Source: an uncultured Lachnospiraceae bacterium
Lineage (GTDB): Bacteria > Bacillota > Clostridia > TANB77 > CAG-508
DNA length: 50,953 nucleotides
NCBI GenBank assembly: GCA_946637865.1
Contig: CAMPBM010000002.1
Coordinates: 1 to 50,953, forward strand
Direction of reading: 5' to 3'
The notes under the pieces: generated by a model
What the model saw: only the letters and a program-made list of their open reading frames with translations
Told to the model about the DNA's origin: nothing
The model's database searches: none
Shown here: piece after piece, positions 35,964 to 44,716 of the stretch
Layout of the letters: every line of letters begins with the position of its first letter
Numbering within the stretch: the first letter of the stretch is position 1
Made by a program: the position numbers and the translations under genes

Positions 35964-36485
35964 ATGTTAGATAATGTGACAACATTTTTTAAAAAAATGG
36001 GAAAGAAAGAGCAAACAGATAAATCTAAAAATGCAGCTAAAGAAAGATTGCATTTGGTTTTGATGCAAGATAGAGCTAATGTTTCAGCAGATTTTCTTGA
36101 AATGATGAAACAGGAGATTGTAGATGTAATAAAGAAGTATATTGATGTAGATGAAACTGATATGGACGTAAAGTTGGAAAATAGAGTTAATAACGACGGT
36201 ACATCAGGAGCACCAGCTTTGTATGCTAATATACCCATTGTAGGAATAAATGAGGAAAAGAAAAAAGAAAGTGAAGGGTATACTAAAGCAAAACAATCTG
36301 AAGAAGAAAATATTGTTAGTGAAAAAAGAGAAAAAACAAAGGCTACGGCGTCTAATAAAAAAATATCAGGAAAAACTGTCAAAACAGCAAAAACATCTAA
36401 ATCAAATAAGAATACTGATAGCATAAAAAAAACAAGCGCAAAGAATTCTAATAAAAAAGAAAAGACAGAAGGCATAGACACTTAA
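35964..36485 (+). CDS. minE: Cell division topological specificity factor MinE with ~85-aa K/S/T/E-rich C-terminal extension
   Basis: The N-terminal ~85 aa (FFKKMGKKE..AKERLHLVLMQDRANVSADFLEMMKQEIVDVIKKYIDVDE) are MinE-like. GGAGGG lies upstream of the ATG at 35964. Confidence 0.8.
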   Translation: MLDNVTTFFKKMGKKEQTDKSKNAAKERLHLVLMQDRANVSADFLEMMKQEIVDVIKKYIDVDETDMDVKLENRVNNDGTSGAPALYANIPIVGINEEKKKESEGYTKAKQSEEENIVSEKREKTKATASNKKISGKTVKTAKTSKSNKNTDSIKKTSAKNSNKKEKTEGIDT

Positions 36486-36773
36486 GATTATTGAATTGCT
36501 ATATTTATGTGATGATTAATAGAAGATATTTTATATCTTCTATTTGTTTTATACAATAAGAAAGCAATGCCTAATTGGAGCGTAATCTACTCTGCTATGA
36601 AATGGTTGAATAAGAACTATTCGCATAGGGCTACAAGGGTGCTCAAAATAAAAATAAAGGATTCTTTCTTATTTCCTGCAAAATAAGAGAGAAATACCAC
36701 CGTAGTAGAGCTATAAGCGTAATTTACTACGATGTAAATTATTAAGAATATTTTAATATAGAGGGAGATAAAG

Positions 36774-37880
36774 TTGAATAAAAAAATTTTAAAAAATATT
36801 GAATGGTCCATTTTAATATGTGTTATTATCTTGATAGCAATTGGATGTGTAGCCTTGTATTCTGCAACGCAAAATACGGGACATGATGAATTGATAAAAC
36901 AATTAATATGGTTAGGAATTAGTATTCCATTAGTTATCGCAGTAATATGCGTAGACTATGAGTTAATAATTAAATCAGCTCCATTTGGTTATATAATAAT
37001 GCTACTTTTACTTTTTGGAGTATTATTTACTCCACCAATAAATGGAGCTACTAGTTGGTTTATAATAGGTTCAGTTTCAATACAGCCTGCGGAATTCACA
37101 AAAATATTTGTTATACTCATGTTGGCTTTAGTTATATCCAAAATACAGGAGAAAGGGAAAAAAGAAATAAGCAATCCTAAAAAACTTTTAATATGTATGG
37201 GTGTTGTTGCAATTCCTGTGTTACTAATAATAAAACAACCAGACTATGGTACTGCAATAGCTTTTTTGATTGCAGTAGTATTTATGCTATTTTCGGCAGG
37301 CATTGACAAAAAATATCTTATAGTTTCTACTGTCCTTGCAATAATTGTTTTGCCAATATTATACTTTTATGTTTTACCAAGCCATGCAAGGACAAGAATA
37401 GACGTTTTCTTGCATCCAGATTTAGACCCAAGAGGTTCTGGATATAACATAATACAATCAAAACTTGCAATAGGCTCAGGACAATTACTAGGAATGGGAG
37501 TTACACAAGGAAATCAAACTCAATTAGGATATTTATATCCTAAAACAACAGATTTTATATTCTCTGTAATAGGGGAAGAGATGGGGTTTGTAATAGCGGG
37601 CTTAATAGTAGTTTTATATGTAATACTTATTACAAGAATAATTTATATTGCTAAAACAGCCAAAGATGACAAGGGCTCATATATTGCAATCGGGGTAGCT
37701 GGAATTCTACTATTTCACATGGTAGAAAATATTGGAATGACCATGGGGTTAGTCCCAATCACGGGTGTTCCACTTCCTTTTGTTAGTTATGGTGGTAGCT
37801 CGTTGCTTACAAATTTAATTTTGATTGCTCTTGTATTAAACATTAGTGGTAGAAGAAAGAAGTCTTTATTTATTGAGTAA
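36774..37880 (+). CDS. rodA: Rod shape-determining SEDS protein RodA (FtsW/RodA/SpoVE family)
   Basis: It has 10 TM segments. QPAEFTK, DYGTA, TDFIFSVIGEE and LPFVSYGGSS motifs are present. The position follows minDE, as in Clostridia. Confidence 0.88.
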   Translation: MNKKILKNIEWSILICVIILIAIGCVALYSATQNTGHDELIKQLIWLGISIPLVIAVICVDYELIIKSAPFGYIIMLLLLFGVLFTPPINGATSWFIIGSVSIQPAEFTKIFVILMLALVISKIQEKGKKEISNPKKLLICMGVVAIPVLLIIKQPDYGTAIAFLIAVVFMLFSAGIDKKYLIVSTVLAIIVLPILYFYVLPSHARTRIDVFLHPDLDPRGSGYNIIQSKLAIGSGQLLGMGVTQGNQTQLGYLYPKTTDFIFSVIGEEMGFVIAGLIVVLYVILITRIIYIAKTAKDDKGSYIAIGVAGILLFHMVENIGMTMGLVPITGVPLPFVSYGGSSLLTNLILIALVLNISGRRKKSLFIE

Positions 37881-38023
37881 AGGTTGCCATGTAAAAGCCT
37901 TTACATACTCAGGTACAAAGTTTTCTATGAAAATTTTGTACCTGAGAATTTATGCGTGGACAGATATATTTAAGCCGTTATTATTTGAAATAATTACTGC
38001 ATAAGAAAGGAATGTAGCTAAAC

Positions 38024-38995
38024 ATGAGCATGGAGTATATAAAAAATATAAAAATAGGAAATGTAGAATTAAATAATAATATAATATTAGCACCAATGGC
38101 AGGAATAACAGATAGACCCTTTAGAATTGTTTGTGAGGAGTTTCAACCAGGATTAGTATGCACAGAAATGATTAGTAGTAAAGGCCTTTTCTATAATGAT
38201 AAAAAAACAGAATTGCTACTTAATATGCGTGAAGAAAGAAGACCGATTGCAGTCCAAATATTTGGAAATGATGTAGAAGCTATGAGATACTCAGCAAGAT
38301 ATGTTAGTGAAGTAGCTGATATAGTAGATATCAACATGGGATGTCCTGCCCCTAAAGTAGTAAAGAATGGTGATGGAAGCAAATTATTATTAAATTTACC
38401 ATTAATAGAAGAAATTGTTACCGAAGTTGTAAGAGCATCAAAAGTTCCGGTTACTGTAAAAATTAGAAAAGGATGGGATGCAAATAATATAGTGGCGGTT
38501 GAGGTTGCAAAAATTGTAGAGAAAGCAGGTGCTTCAGCAATAACAGTTCACGGTAGAACAAGAGATGAGTTTTATTCAGGAGAAGCAGACTGGGATATTA
38601 TAAGACAAGTTAAAAAAAGTGTTAATATTCCTGTAATTGGAAATGGTGATGTCAAATCGAAAGATGATACAAGGAAAATGTTCGAAACTACTGGAGTAGA
38701 TGCAATAATGATTGGAAGGGCATCACTTGGTAATCCATGGATTTTTAAAGAGATAATTGAAGGTATTGATGGTAAAAATATTCCAAAAGAAGAAAAGCTC
38801 AGAGTTATATTAAAACATATTAATTTGGAAATAGAAGAAAAAGGCGAAATGACTGCAGTAAAAGAGATGAGAAAGCATATAAGTTGGTATATAAGAAATT
38901 ATAAAGATGCTTCAAAATTTAGAGATATTGTTAATAGGATAGATAATAAACAAGAACTTGAAAAATGTATTAAGGAATATTTTGAAAGTTTATGA
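38024..38995 (+). CDS. dusB: tRNA-dihydrouridine synthase
   Basis: LAPMAGITDRPFR, DINMGCP and TVHGRTR motifs are present. Confidence 0.9.
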   Translation: MSMEYIKNIKIGNVELNNNIILAPMAGITDRPFRIVCEEFQPGLVCTEMISSKGLFYNDKKTELLLNMREERRPIAVQIFGNDVEAMRYSARYVSEVADIVDINMGCPAPKVVKNGDGSKLLLNLPLIEEIVTEVVRASKVPVTVKIRKGWDANNIVAVEVAKIVEKAGASAITVHGRTRDEFYSGEADWDIIRQVKKSVNIPVIGNGDVKSKDDTRKMFETTGVDAIMIGRASLGNPWIFKEIIEGIDGKNIPKEEKLRVILKHINLEIEEKGEMTAVKEMRKHISWYIRNYKDASKFRDIVNRIDNKQELEKCIKEYFESL

Positions 38996-39040
38996 ATATG
39001 ATTTTTTAGAATAGATATATATCTATTCTTTTTTATACTT

Positions 39041-39165
39041 TAGGAAAGCAATCATCTTCGTAGCAAAGCATAGTGTACTCCAAAGAAAATTGGAGATTTT
39101 CTTATTTGCTATATAAAAGGAAAGAAATACTTAATTAGAGTACAATGTGCTCCACTACGAAATAG
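39041..39165. repeat. Second intergenic repeat family (R2), copy at dusB 3' side
   Basis: cttcgtagcaaagcatagtgtactccaaagaaaattggagattttcttatttg (39056-39108) is about three quarters identical, by eye, to 49344-49396. Internal inverted segments are cgtagcaaagcatagtgtactc / gagtacaatgtgctccactacg. Confidence 0.6.
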
Positions 39166-39229
39166 TTTCATACAAATATTTGTAGAAGGCTATGTAAGTG
39201 CTTCAAAAAAATTGGAGGAGGTTTAAACC

Positions 39230-39913
39230 TTGAAAAATAACAAAAAAATAAAGATAACAGTAATATCTTCAATAACAATCATCTGCATTATTATTTTTAT
39301 AATTATTTTTAGAATTAACAATTATAAAAATACAAAAAGCGGAAATACTATAATTGATAAAAACTTAAGTGAAATAGAGGAATATATTTTAAATATTAGC
39401 TCGTATGAGGCTGAAATGGAAGTGTCAGTAGAGAGTAACAAAAACAATAATAAATACATTATAAAGCAGAAATATAGCAACCCAAATATCGCAAGCCAAG
39501 AAGTGCTAGAGCCTAAAAACATTGAGGGACTAACAATTAAATATGATGGTACTAATATGCAGATTACAAATTCAAAACTTAATTTGAGTGCTATATATGA
39601 AAATTATACATATATAGCAGATAACATATTATGGCTTAGCGATTTTATAGAAAATTATAAAGCAAACAATGGAAAAATAAGTGAAGAAAGTGGAGTAATA
39701 ATTATGGAAGTTAATTGCTATAACAATAAATATAATGCAACAGAAAAGCTATATATAGATAGAAACGCAAACAAGATAACTAAATTAGTAATAAGTGACG
39801 AGAACAATAAGAACGCAATTTACATAACATATAACAAGATAGAAATTGATAGTTTAAATAAGGAGAATGTATTAGCGTTCAAAATAATAGAAGAATATGC
39901 AAAAGACATTTAA
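39230..39913 (+). CDS. Hypothetical membrane-anchored/secreted protein (possibly LolA-fold, YdcC-like)
   Basis: The TTG start has a GGAGGAGG RBS. An N-terminal TM/signal anchor is present. The rest is beta-rich and N/K-rich. Position upstream of mazF resembles B. subtilis ydcC. The functional assignment is weak. Confidence 0.45.
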   Translation: MKNNKKIKITVISSITIICIIIFIIIFRINNYKNTKSGNTIIDKNLSEIEEYILNISSYEAEMEVSVESNKNNNKYIIKQKYSNPNIASQEVLEPKNIEGLTIKYDGTNMQITNSKLNLSAIYENYTYIADNILWLSDFIENYKANNGKISEESGVIIMEVNCYNNKYNATEKLYIDRNANKITKLVISDENNKNAIYITYNKIEIDSLNKENVLAFKIIEEYAKDI

Positions 39914-40024
39914 TCTAATATTGTATAGGTTTAACCGATGATAAATAACTACATTTTTATCTGTCTAATATTAAAATATATTAATCAACAATGTTTTTTT
40001 TAAGAAATAGTGGGAGTGATTAAA

Positions 40025-40369
40025 ATGATAGTTAAAAGAGGAGATATGTTTTATGCAGACTTAAGTCCAGTTGTTGGATCTGAGCAAGGGGGAATCAGAC
40101 CGGTTGTAATCATTCAAAATGATGTTGGAAATAAGCACAGTCCAACTGTAATTGCAGCTGCAATTACATCGCAAACAGGGAAAAATAAATTACCTACTCA
40201 CATAGAAATTGGCTCGGAAAACAATGGGTTAAAAGCAGATTCAGTAGTATTAACAGAGCAGATTCGTACAATAGACAAAAGTAGATTAAAAGAGAAGATA
40301 GGACATATTGACGATTCAGTTATTATGAACAAAATAAACAATGCTTTAGGCGTTAGTTTTGGATTGTAA
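40025..40369 (+). CDS. mazF: MazF/PemK-family endoribonuclease toxin (EndoA-like)
   Basis: [50 protein letters not shown] is very close to EndoA/MazF. GGGAG lies upstream of the ATG at 40025. Confidence 0.9.
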   Translation: MIVKRGDMFYADLSPVVGSEQGGIRPVVIIQNDVGNKHSPTVIAAAITSQTGKNKLPTHIEIGSENNGLKADSVVLTEQIRTIDKSRLKEKIGHIDDSVIMNKINNALGVSFGL

Positions 40370-40382
40370 AAGGAGAGCAGCC

Positions 40383-41624
40383 TTATGGTTGTTCTCCTAA
40401 TGTTATTTCTACATCCATATATTTATTATCTCTATACACTTTCAATGCTAAAGTATCTCCAATTTGGTGTTTATTTTTTATTTCGTTTAATTCATCCATG
40501 CTCTTTATAGAAGTACCATCAACTTCTGTAATAATATCAGATGATTTCAATCCGGCTTTTTCAGCAGAGGTGAATTGACCAACTGAAACAATATAGACAC
40601 CCTCAACTAATTTGTATTGTTTTGCGGTTTGACTATCTATATCTCTTCCTGAAATACCAATATAAGGTCTTTTTACTTTACCGTCTGAAATTAATTGCTC
40701 AGAAATGTTAACGGTTGAATTAATAGGTATGGCAAAGCCTATGCCCTCAATTCCAGTACCTGCTATTTTTAAAGTATTTATTCCTATGACTTCTCCTTTT
40801 GAATTAACTAGAGCACCGCCACTATTTCCTGAATTTATTGCAGCATCTGTTTGAATTACTGTATATTCTTTTCCTTCAGAAGTAATGTTTCTAGCTTTTG
40901 CACTAATAATTCCAGCTGTAACAGTACTTTCCATTCCTAAGGGACTTCCAACAGCCATACAAAATTCACCAACACTTATTTTATCTGAATCACCAAGTGT
41001 TGCAGAGGGTAATCCACTTTTATCAATTTTTATTACAGCTAAGTCGGTTGTTTCATCAGTACCAACTATTTCTGCATCATATATAGTCTCGTCATTATAT
41101 AGCTTTACAGTTATTTTGTTAGCTTGGCTAACTTTATAGTATGAAGAAGATGACGAGGTATTAACAACATGATTATTTGTTAATATATAGCCGTCCTCGG
41201 TAATTATAACCCCAGAGCCAGTTGCAGAGCCAGATGATTGCATTTGATATCCAAAATAAGGAGTATTTACTGTATATTCAACTGTAATTCCAACTATAGA
41301 AGGTAAAATCTTATTGGCTGAATACACACTAGTATCGGAATACTTTTCTAATGATACTAAATTTGAACTGCTAGTTTGTACAGATTCTTCGCTTTTTTGG
41401 GAAGCAGTTTCCACTGTTGACGTTTTATTAGATGATGTATTGATATTTAAGTAGTTAGCAAATTTATCCTTTATAACTGGAACTTGTAGGCATATTGTTA
41501 AAACCAGTGAAGCTCCAAGAATCCCTGAAATAAATGGAACCAATACACCTTTGAAAAATCCAATTTTTGCTTTCTTATGTGTTGTGTTAGATTCAACGGT
41601 TTTAAAAAATTCATTGTTGTCCAT
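40383..41624 (-). CDS. htrA: HtrA/DegP-family serine protease with PDZ domain
   Basis: The catalytic triad contexts are TNNHVV (His), TDLAVIK (Asp) and GNSGGAL (Ser). A C-terminal PDZ domain and an N-terminal TM anchor are present. The start could instead be 41636, but the RBS spacing favours 41624. Confidence 0.88.
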   Translation of the reverse strand: MDNNEFFKTVESNTTHKKAKIGFFKGVLVPFISGILGASLVLTICLQVPVIKDKFANYLNINTSSNKTSTVETASQKSEESVQTSSSNLVSLEKYSDTSVYSANKILPSIVGITVEYTVNTPYFGYQMQSSGSATGSGVIITEDGYILTNNHVVNTSSSSSYYKVSQANKITVKLYNDETIYDAEIVGTDETTDLAVIKIDKSGLPSATLGDSDKISVGEFCMAVGSPLGMESTVTAGIISAKARNITSEGKEYTVIQTDAAINSGNSGGALVNSKGEVIGINTLKIAGTGIEGIGFAIPINSTVNISEQLISDGKVKRPYIGISGRDIDSQTAKQYKLVEGVYIVSVGQFTSAEKAGLKSSDIITEVDGTSIKSMDELNEIKNKHQIGDTLALKVYRDNKYMDVEITLGEQP

Positions 41625-41855
41625 AATAAAAATCATTCCTTTCTTTAATAAAAATAAGTATTTACAATTTTACACTCATATAAATCTCAGTATGCTTTAT
41701 AAATATATAATAACCCAACTTGATATCATAATACAATATTTTTGTGAAAATTTTGTGAAAAAAATGCAATAAGTATGTGACCAGTATAAAATAATATTGC
41801 ATTCGAAAAAAATATATATTATAATGCAAGAAACTAAGTAATGGAGGAATAAAAA

Positions 41856-42467
41856 ATGAGAAAAGAAGAAGGGAAAAGTTCAATAAGGCTAATTTTAATA
41901 ATTACAGCGATAATAATCGTTGCAATAATGGGAATTAACGCTATGAGAGAATTTATGGATGGGGAAAAAGTTAAAAGTTTACAAGCAGACATGTTGATAG
42001 TAAAAACTAAGGTAGAAACACTAAAAGGAAAAAATACACTAAATCCAGAGGAGAATCCCTTAAGAGGACATCAACTAACCCAAATACCAGAAAACATTGA
42101 CATAAAAGAGTTTTTAGAAAAAAATGTAATTACAACAGAAGAATACGAAAAATACTATTTGCTAGACGATGAAAACTTAAGAAACATGGAATTACAGGAT
42201 TTGATTAATAAATATGATGGATATTTCATAGTCAATTATGATAGCTTTGATGTTGTATATTCAGAAGGGTATAAAAATGAAAATGGTGTCTGGTGCTATA
42301 AAATTTCAGATCTAGAGAAGGAATCAAAAATAGAAAATGAAGTAAAAAACATAACAACACAACTAGATGAGCATATAGTCAATGAACAAACTTCTCAGGA
42401 AAAAACTGAAGAAACGGCTACTACTGAACAAACAGAAGAAAATACAGAACAATCTGGGGAACGGTAA
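41856..42467 (+). CDS. Hypothetical membrane-anchored protein with acidic T/E/Q-rich tail
   Basis: The ATG has a GGAGG RBS. There is one N-terminal TM helix (IRLILIITAIIIVAIMGI). I recognise no family. Confidence 0.5.
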   Translation: MRKEEGKSSIRLILIITAIIIVAIMGINAMREFMDGEKVKSLQADMLIVKTKVETLKGKNTLNPEENPLRGHQLTQIPENIDIKEFLEKNVITTEEYEKYYLLDDENLRNMELQDLINKYDGYFIVNYDSFDVVYSEGYKNENGVWCYKISDLEKESKIENEVKNITTQLDEHIVNEQTSQEKTEETATTEQTEENTEQSGER

Positions 42468-42594
42468 CTAGAAAATACATATAAATGTGGTAATTAATTC
42501 TATATTGGATTACCTGGTAATAATTAATTATCAGTAACCAATCACCTATATTTTAGTTATAGATAATCACATTCAAGAAAGGAATGAAATTTCA

Positions 42595-43230
42595 GTGAAA
42601 GAAAAAGAAGTTTTAAGATTACAAGAGTTAAAGAAAATAGAAGAAGATATATATTTACGAGGTACTAACTATATATGTGGAATAGATGAAGCAGGTCGTG
42701 GACCACTTGCAGGTCCAGTGGTTGTTGCAAGCGTTATTATGCCAAAAGACTCAATGATAGAAGGGGTAAATGATTCTAAAAAGGTGTCCGAAAAAAAGCG
42801 AGAAAAACTATATGAAGAAATAATAGAAAACGCAATAAGCTATAGTGTGGGAATTGTTGACCAGAAAGAAATTGATAGAGTAAATATACTGAATGCAACA
42901 AAAGCAGGATTAACAGAAAGCATTAGAGGACTAAAAGTTAAGCCTGAAATAATATTGGTAGATGCATTAAATGGAATTGATACATGTGGAATTCCATATC
43001 ACTCTATAATAAAAGGTGATGCAAAATGCTATTCAATTGCAGCAGCATCTATAATAGCCAAAGTTACCAGGGATAGAATAATGAGAGAATGGCACGAGAT
43101 ATATCCACAATACAATTTTGCAAAACATAAAGGCTATGGTACAGCAGCCCATATATCTGCAATTAAAGAATATGGTTTATGCCCATTACACAGGCTTAGT
43201 TTCGTTAAAAATATAATTGAAAAAAATTAA
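42595..43230 (+). CDS. rnhB: Ribonuclease HII
   Basis: The GIDEAGRGPLAGPVV and DSKK motifs are present. The start is GTG. Confidence 0.92.
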   Translation: MKEKEVLRLQELKKIEEDIYLRGTNYICGIDEAGRGPLAGPVVVASVIMPKDSMIEGVNDSKKVSEKKREKLYEEIIENAISYSVGIVDQKEIDRVNILNATKAGLTESIRGLKVKPEIILVDALNGIDTCGIPYHSIIKGDAKCYSIAAASIIAKVTRDRIMREWHEIYPQYNFAKHKGYGTAAHISAIKEYGLCPLHRLSFVKNIIEKN

Positions 43231-43310
43231 TATATTGAGGTAAAAGAATTTTATGGGTAGGTGCACCTAAGGTTATTTGTTAAATATAAAAAAATAAGGA
43301 GTATAATGGA

Positions 43311-44615
43311 GTGAATATTTTAGATATTATATGTAAGAAAAGAGATAAAAAAGAACTAAATAAGGAGGAAATTGATTTCTTTGTAAAAGGGTATACAAAA
43401 GGTGAAATAACAGATTATCAAGCTTCAGCACTAATTATGGCTATTTATTTAAATGGTATGAGTAATAAAGAAATTACAAACTTAACATTAGCTATGGCAT
43501 ATTCAGGGGAAGTGTTGGATCTATCTAAGCTAGGAGAAAATGTTGTTGATAAGCATAGTACAGGAGGAATAGGTGATAAAATTACACTTATACTTATGCC
43601 AATTATCTCAGCTTTAGGAGTACCTGTTGCAAAGATGTCTGGTAGAGGCCTTGGATTTACAGGAGGAACGGTGGATAAATTAGAGTCAATACCAGGCTAT
43701 AATACCCAACTTTCCATTGACGAATTTATTGAAAATGTAAAGAAAATAGGAATTAGTTTAATGGGGCAAACATTGAATTTAGCTCCGGCTGATAAAAAGC
43801 TATATAGCTTAAGAGATTCTATAAGTTGTGTTGAAAACATACCATTAATTGCATCAAGTATTATGAGCAAAAAAATTGCTGCTGGAGCCAATAAAATTGT
43901 TTTAGAGGTAACGGTTGGTAATGGCGCTTTTATGAAAAATATAAACGATGCAAGAAAATTATCTGAAACAATGATTAGTATAGGAAAATTAGCTGGAAAA
44001 GAAACGGTATGTATATTAACTAATATGGATGAACCATTAGGATACTCTATTGGAAATACACTAGAGGTAATAGAAGCTATTGAAGCACTTCAAGGTGATA
44101 TGGAAGATGATGTAAAGGAAGTGGTTATGGAGCTAGGAAGCTATATGATAAAATTAGCAGGTTGTGGGGATAACATTGAAGATAATAAGCAGAGGATGTT
44201 AGAATGTATAGATAGTGGAAATGCATATATGAAATTCCTAGAACTAATTCAAAATCAAGGTGGAGATATTACATATATAAATGATATTTCAAAGTTTGAA
44301 AATGCTAAATACGTAGTTCCAGTTCATACAGAAAATAGCGGCTTTGTCAAGAATATTGATGCAGAAAAATTAGGAAAAATTTCATGCTATTTAGGTGCTG
44401 GTAGAGTAAAAAAAGAAGATGATATTGATTACCAAGTAGGTTTAATTATCAATAAAAAAATAGGGGATAAGGTAGAAAATAATGATGTTTTAGGGATTAT
44501 TCACGCAAATGACGAAGAAAAACTAAAGAAAGCCATAGATGAGTTCAAAGAATGTTTTCAACTTACTGAGGATTACGTAGAAAAACCAAAGGTTATATTG
44601 GGAATCATTTTTTAA
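43311..44615 (+). CDS. pdp: Pyrimidine-nucleoside (thymidine) phosphorylase
   Basis: DKHSTGGIGDK, SGRGLGFTGGT.DKLESIPG motifs are present. The GTG start lies after an AAGGAG RBS. Confidence 0.92.
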   Translation: MNILDIICKKRDKKELNKEEIDFFVKGYTKGEITDYQASALIMAIYLNGMSNKEITNLTLAMAYSGEVLDLSKLGENVVDKHSTGGIGDKITLILMPIISALGVPVAKMSGRGLGFTGGTVDKLESIPGYNTQLSIDEFIENVKKIGISLMGQTLNLAPADKKLYSLRDSISCVENIPLIASSIMSKKIAAGANKIVLEVTVGNGAFMKNINDARKLSETMISIGKLAGKETVCILTNMDEPLGYSIGNTLEVIEAIEALQGDMEDDVKEVVMELGSYMIKLAGCGDNIEDNKQRMLECIDSGNAYMKFLELIQNQGGDITYINDISKFENAKYVVPVHTENSGFVKNIDAEKLGKISCYLGAGRVKKEDDIDYQVGLIINKKIGDKVENNDVLGIIHANDEEKLKKAIDEFKECFQLTEDYVEKPKVILGIIF

Positions 44616-44631
44616 ATTGGAAATTAAATTA

Positions 44632-44697
44632 GGGACGGAGATTTTTTCAAATTTTTGAAATTGGGGACGGAAATAATTTGAAAAAATCTCCGTCCCC
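44632..44697. terminator. Bidirectional terminator hairpin between convergent pdp and the PBP gene
   Basis: A 20-bp perfect stem gggacggagattttttcaaa (44632-44651)/tttgaaaaaatctccgtccc (44677-44696). The loop holds a second ttggggacgg, a module shared with the palindrome at 48410-48501. Confidence 0.75.
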
Positions 44698-44716
44698 AAT
44701 TTAACAATTTAAAACC

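Noticed and set aside
39938-40003. A 21-codon ORF upstream of mazF, considered as a possible antitoxin.
   Set aside because: It has no RBS. The peptide is hydrophobic (MINNYIFICLILKYINQQCFF) and far shorter than the MazE/EndoAI antitoxins it does not resemble.
41551-41883. Two overlapping 73-aa ORFs in the htrA upstream region.
   Set aside because: They lie in a very AT-rich divergent intergenic region, overlap each other on opposite strands, have no RBS and show low-complexity composition.
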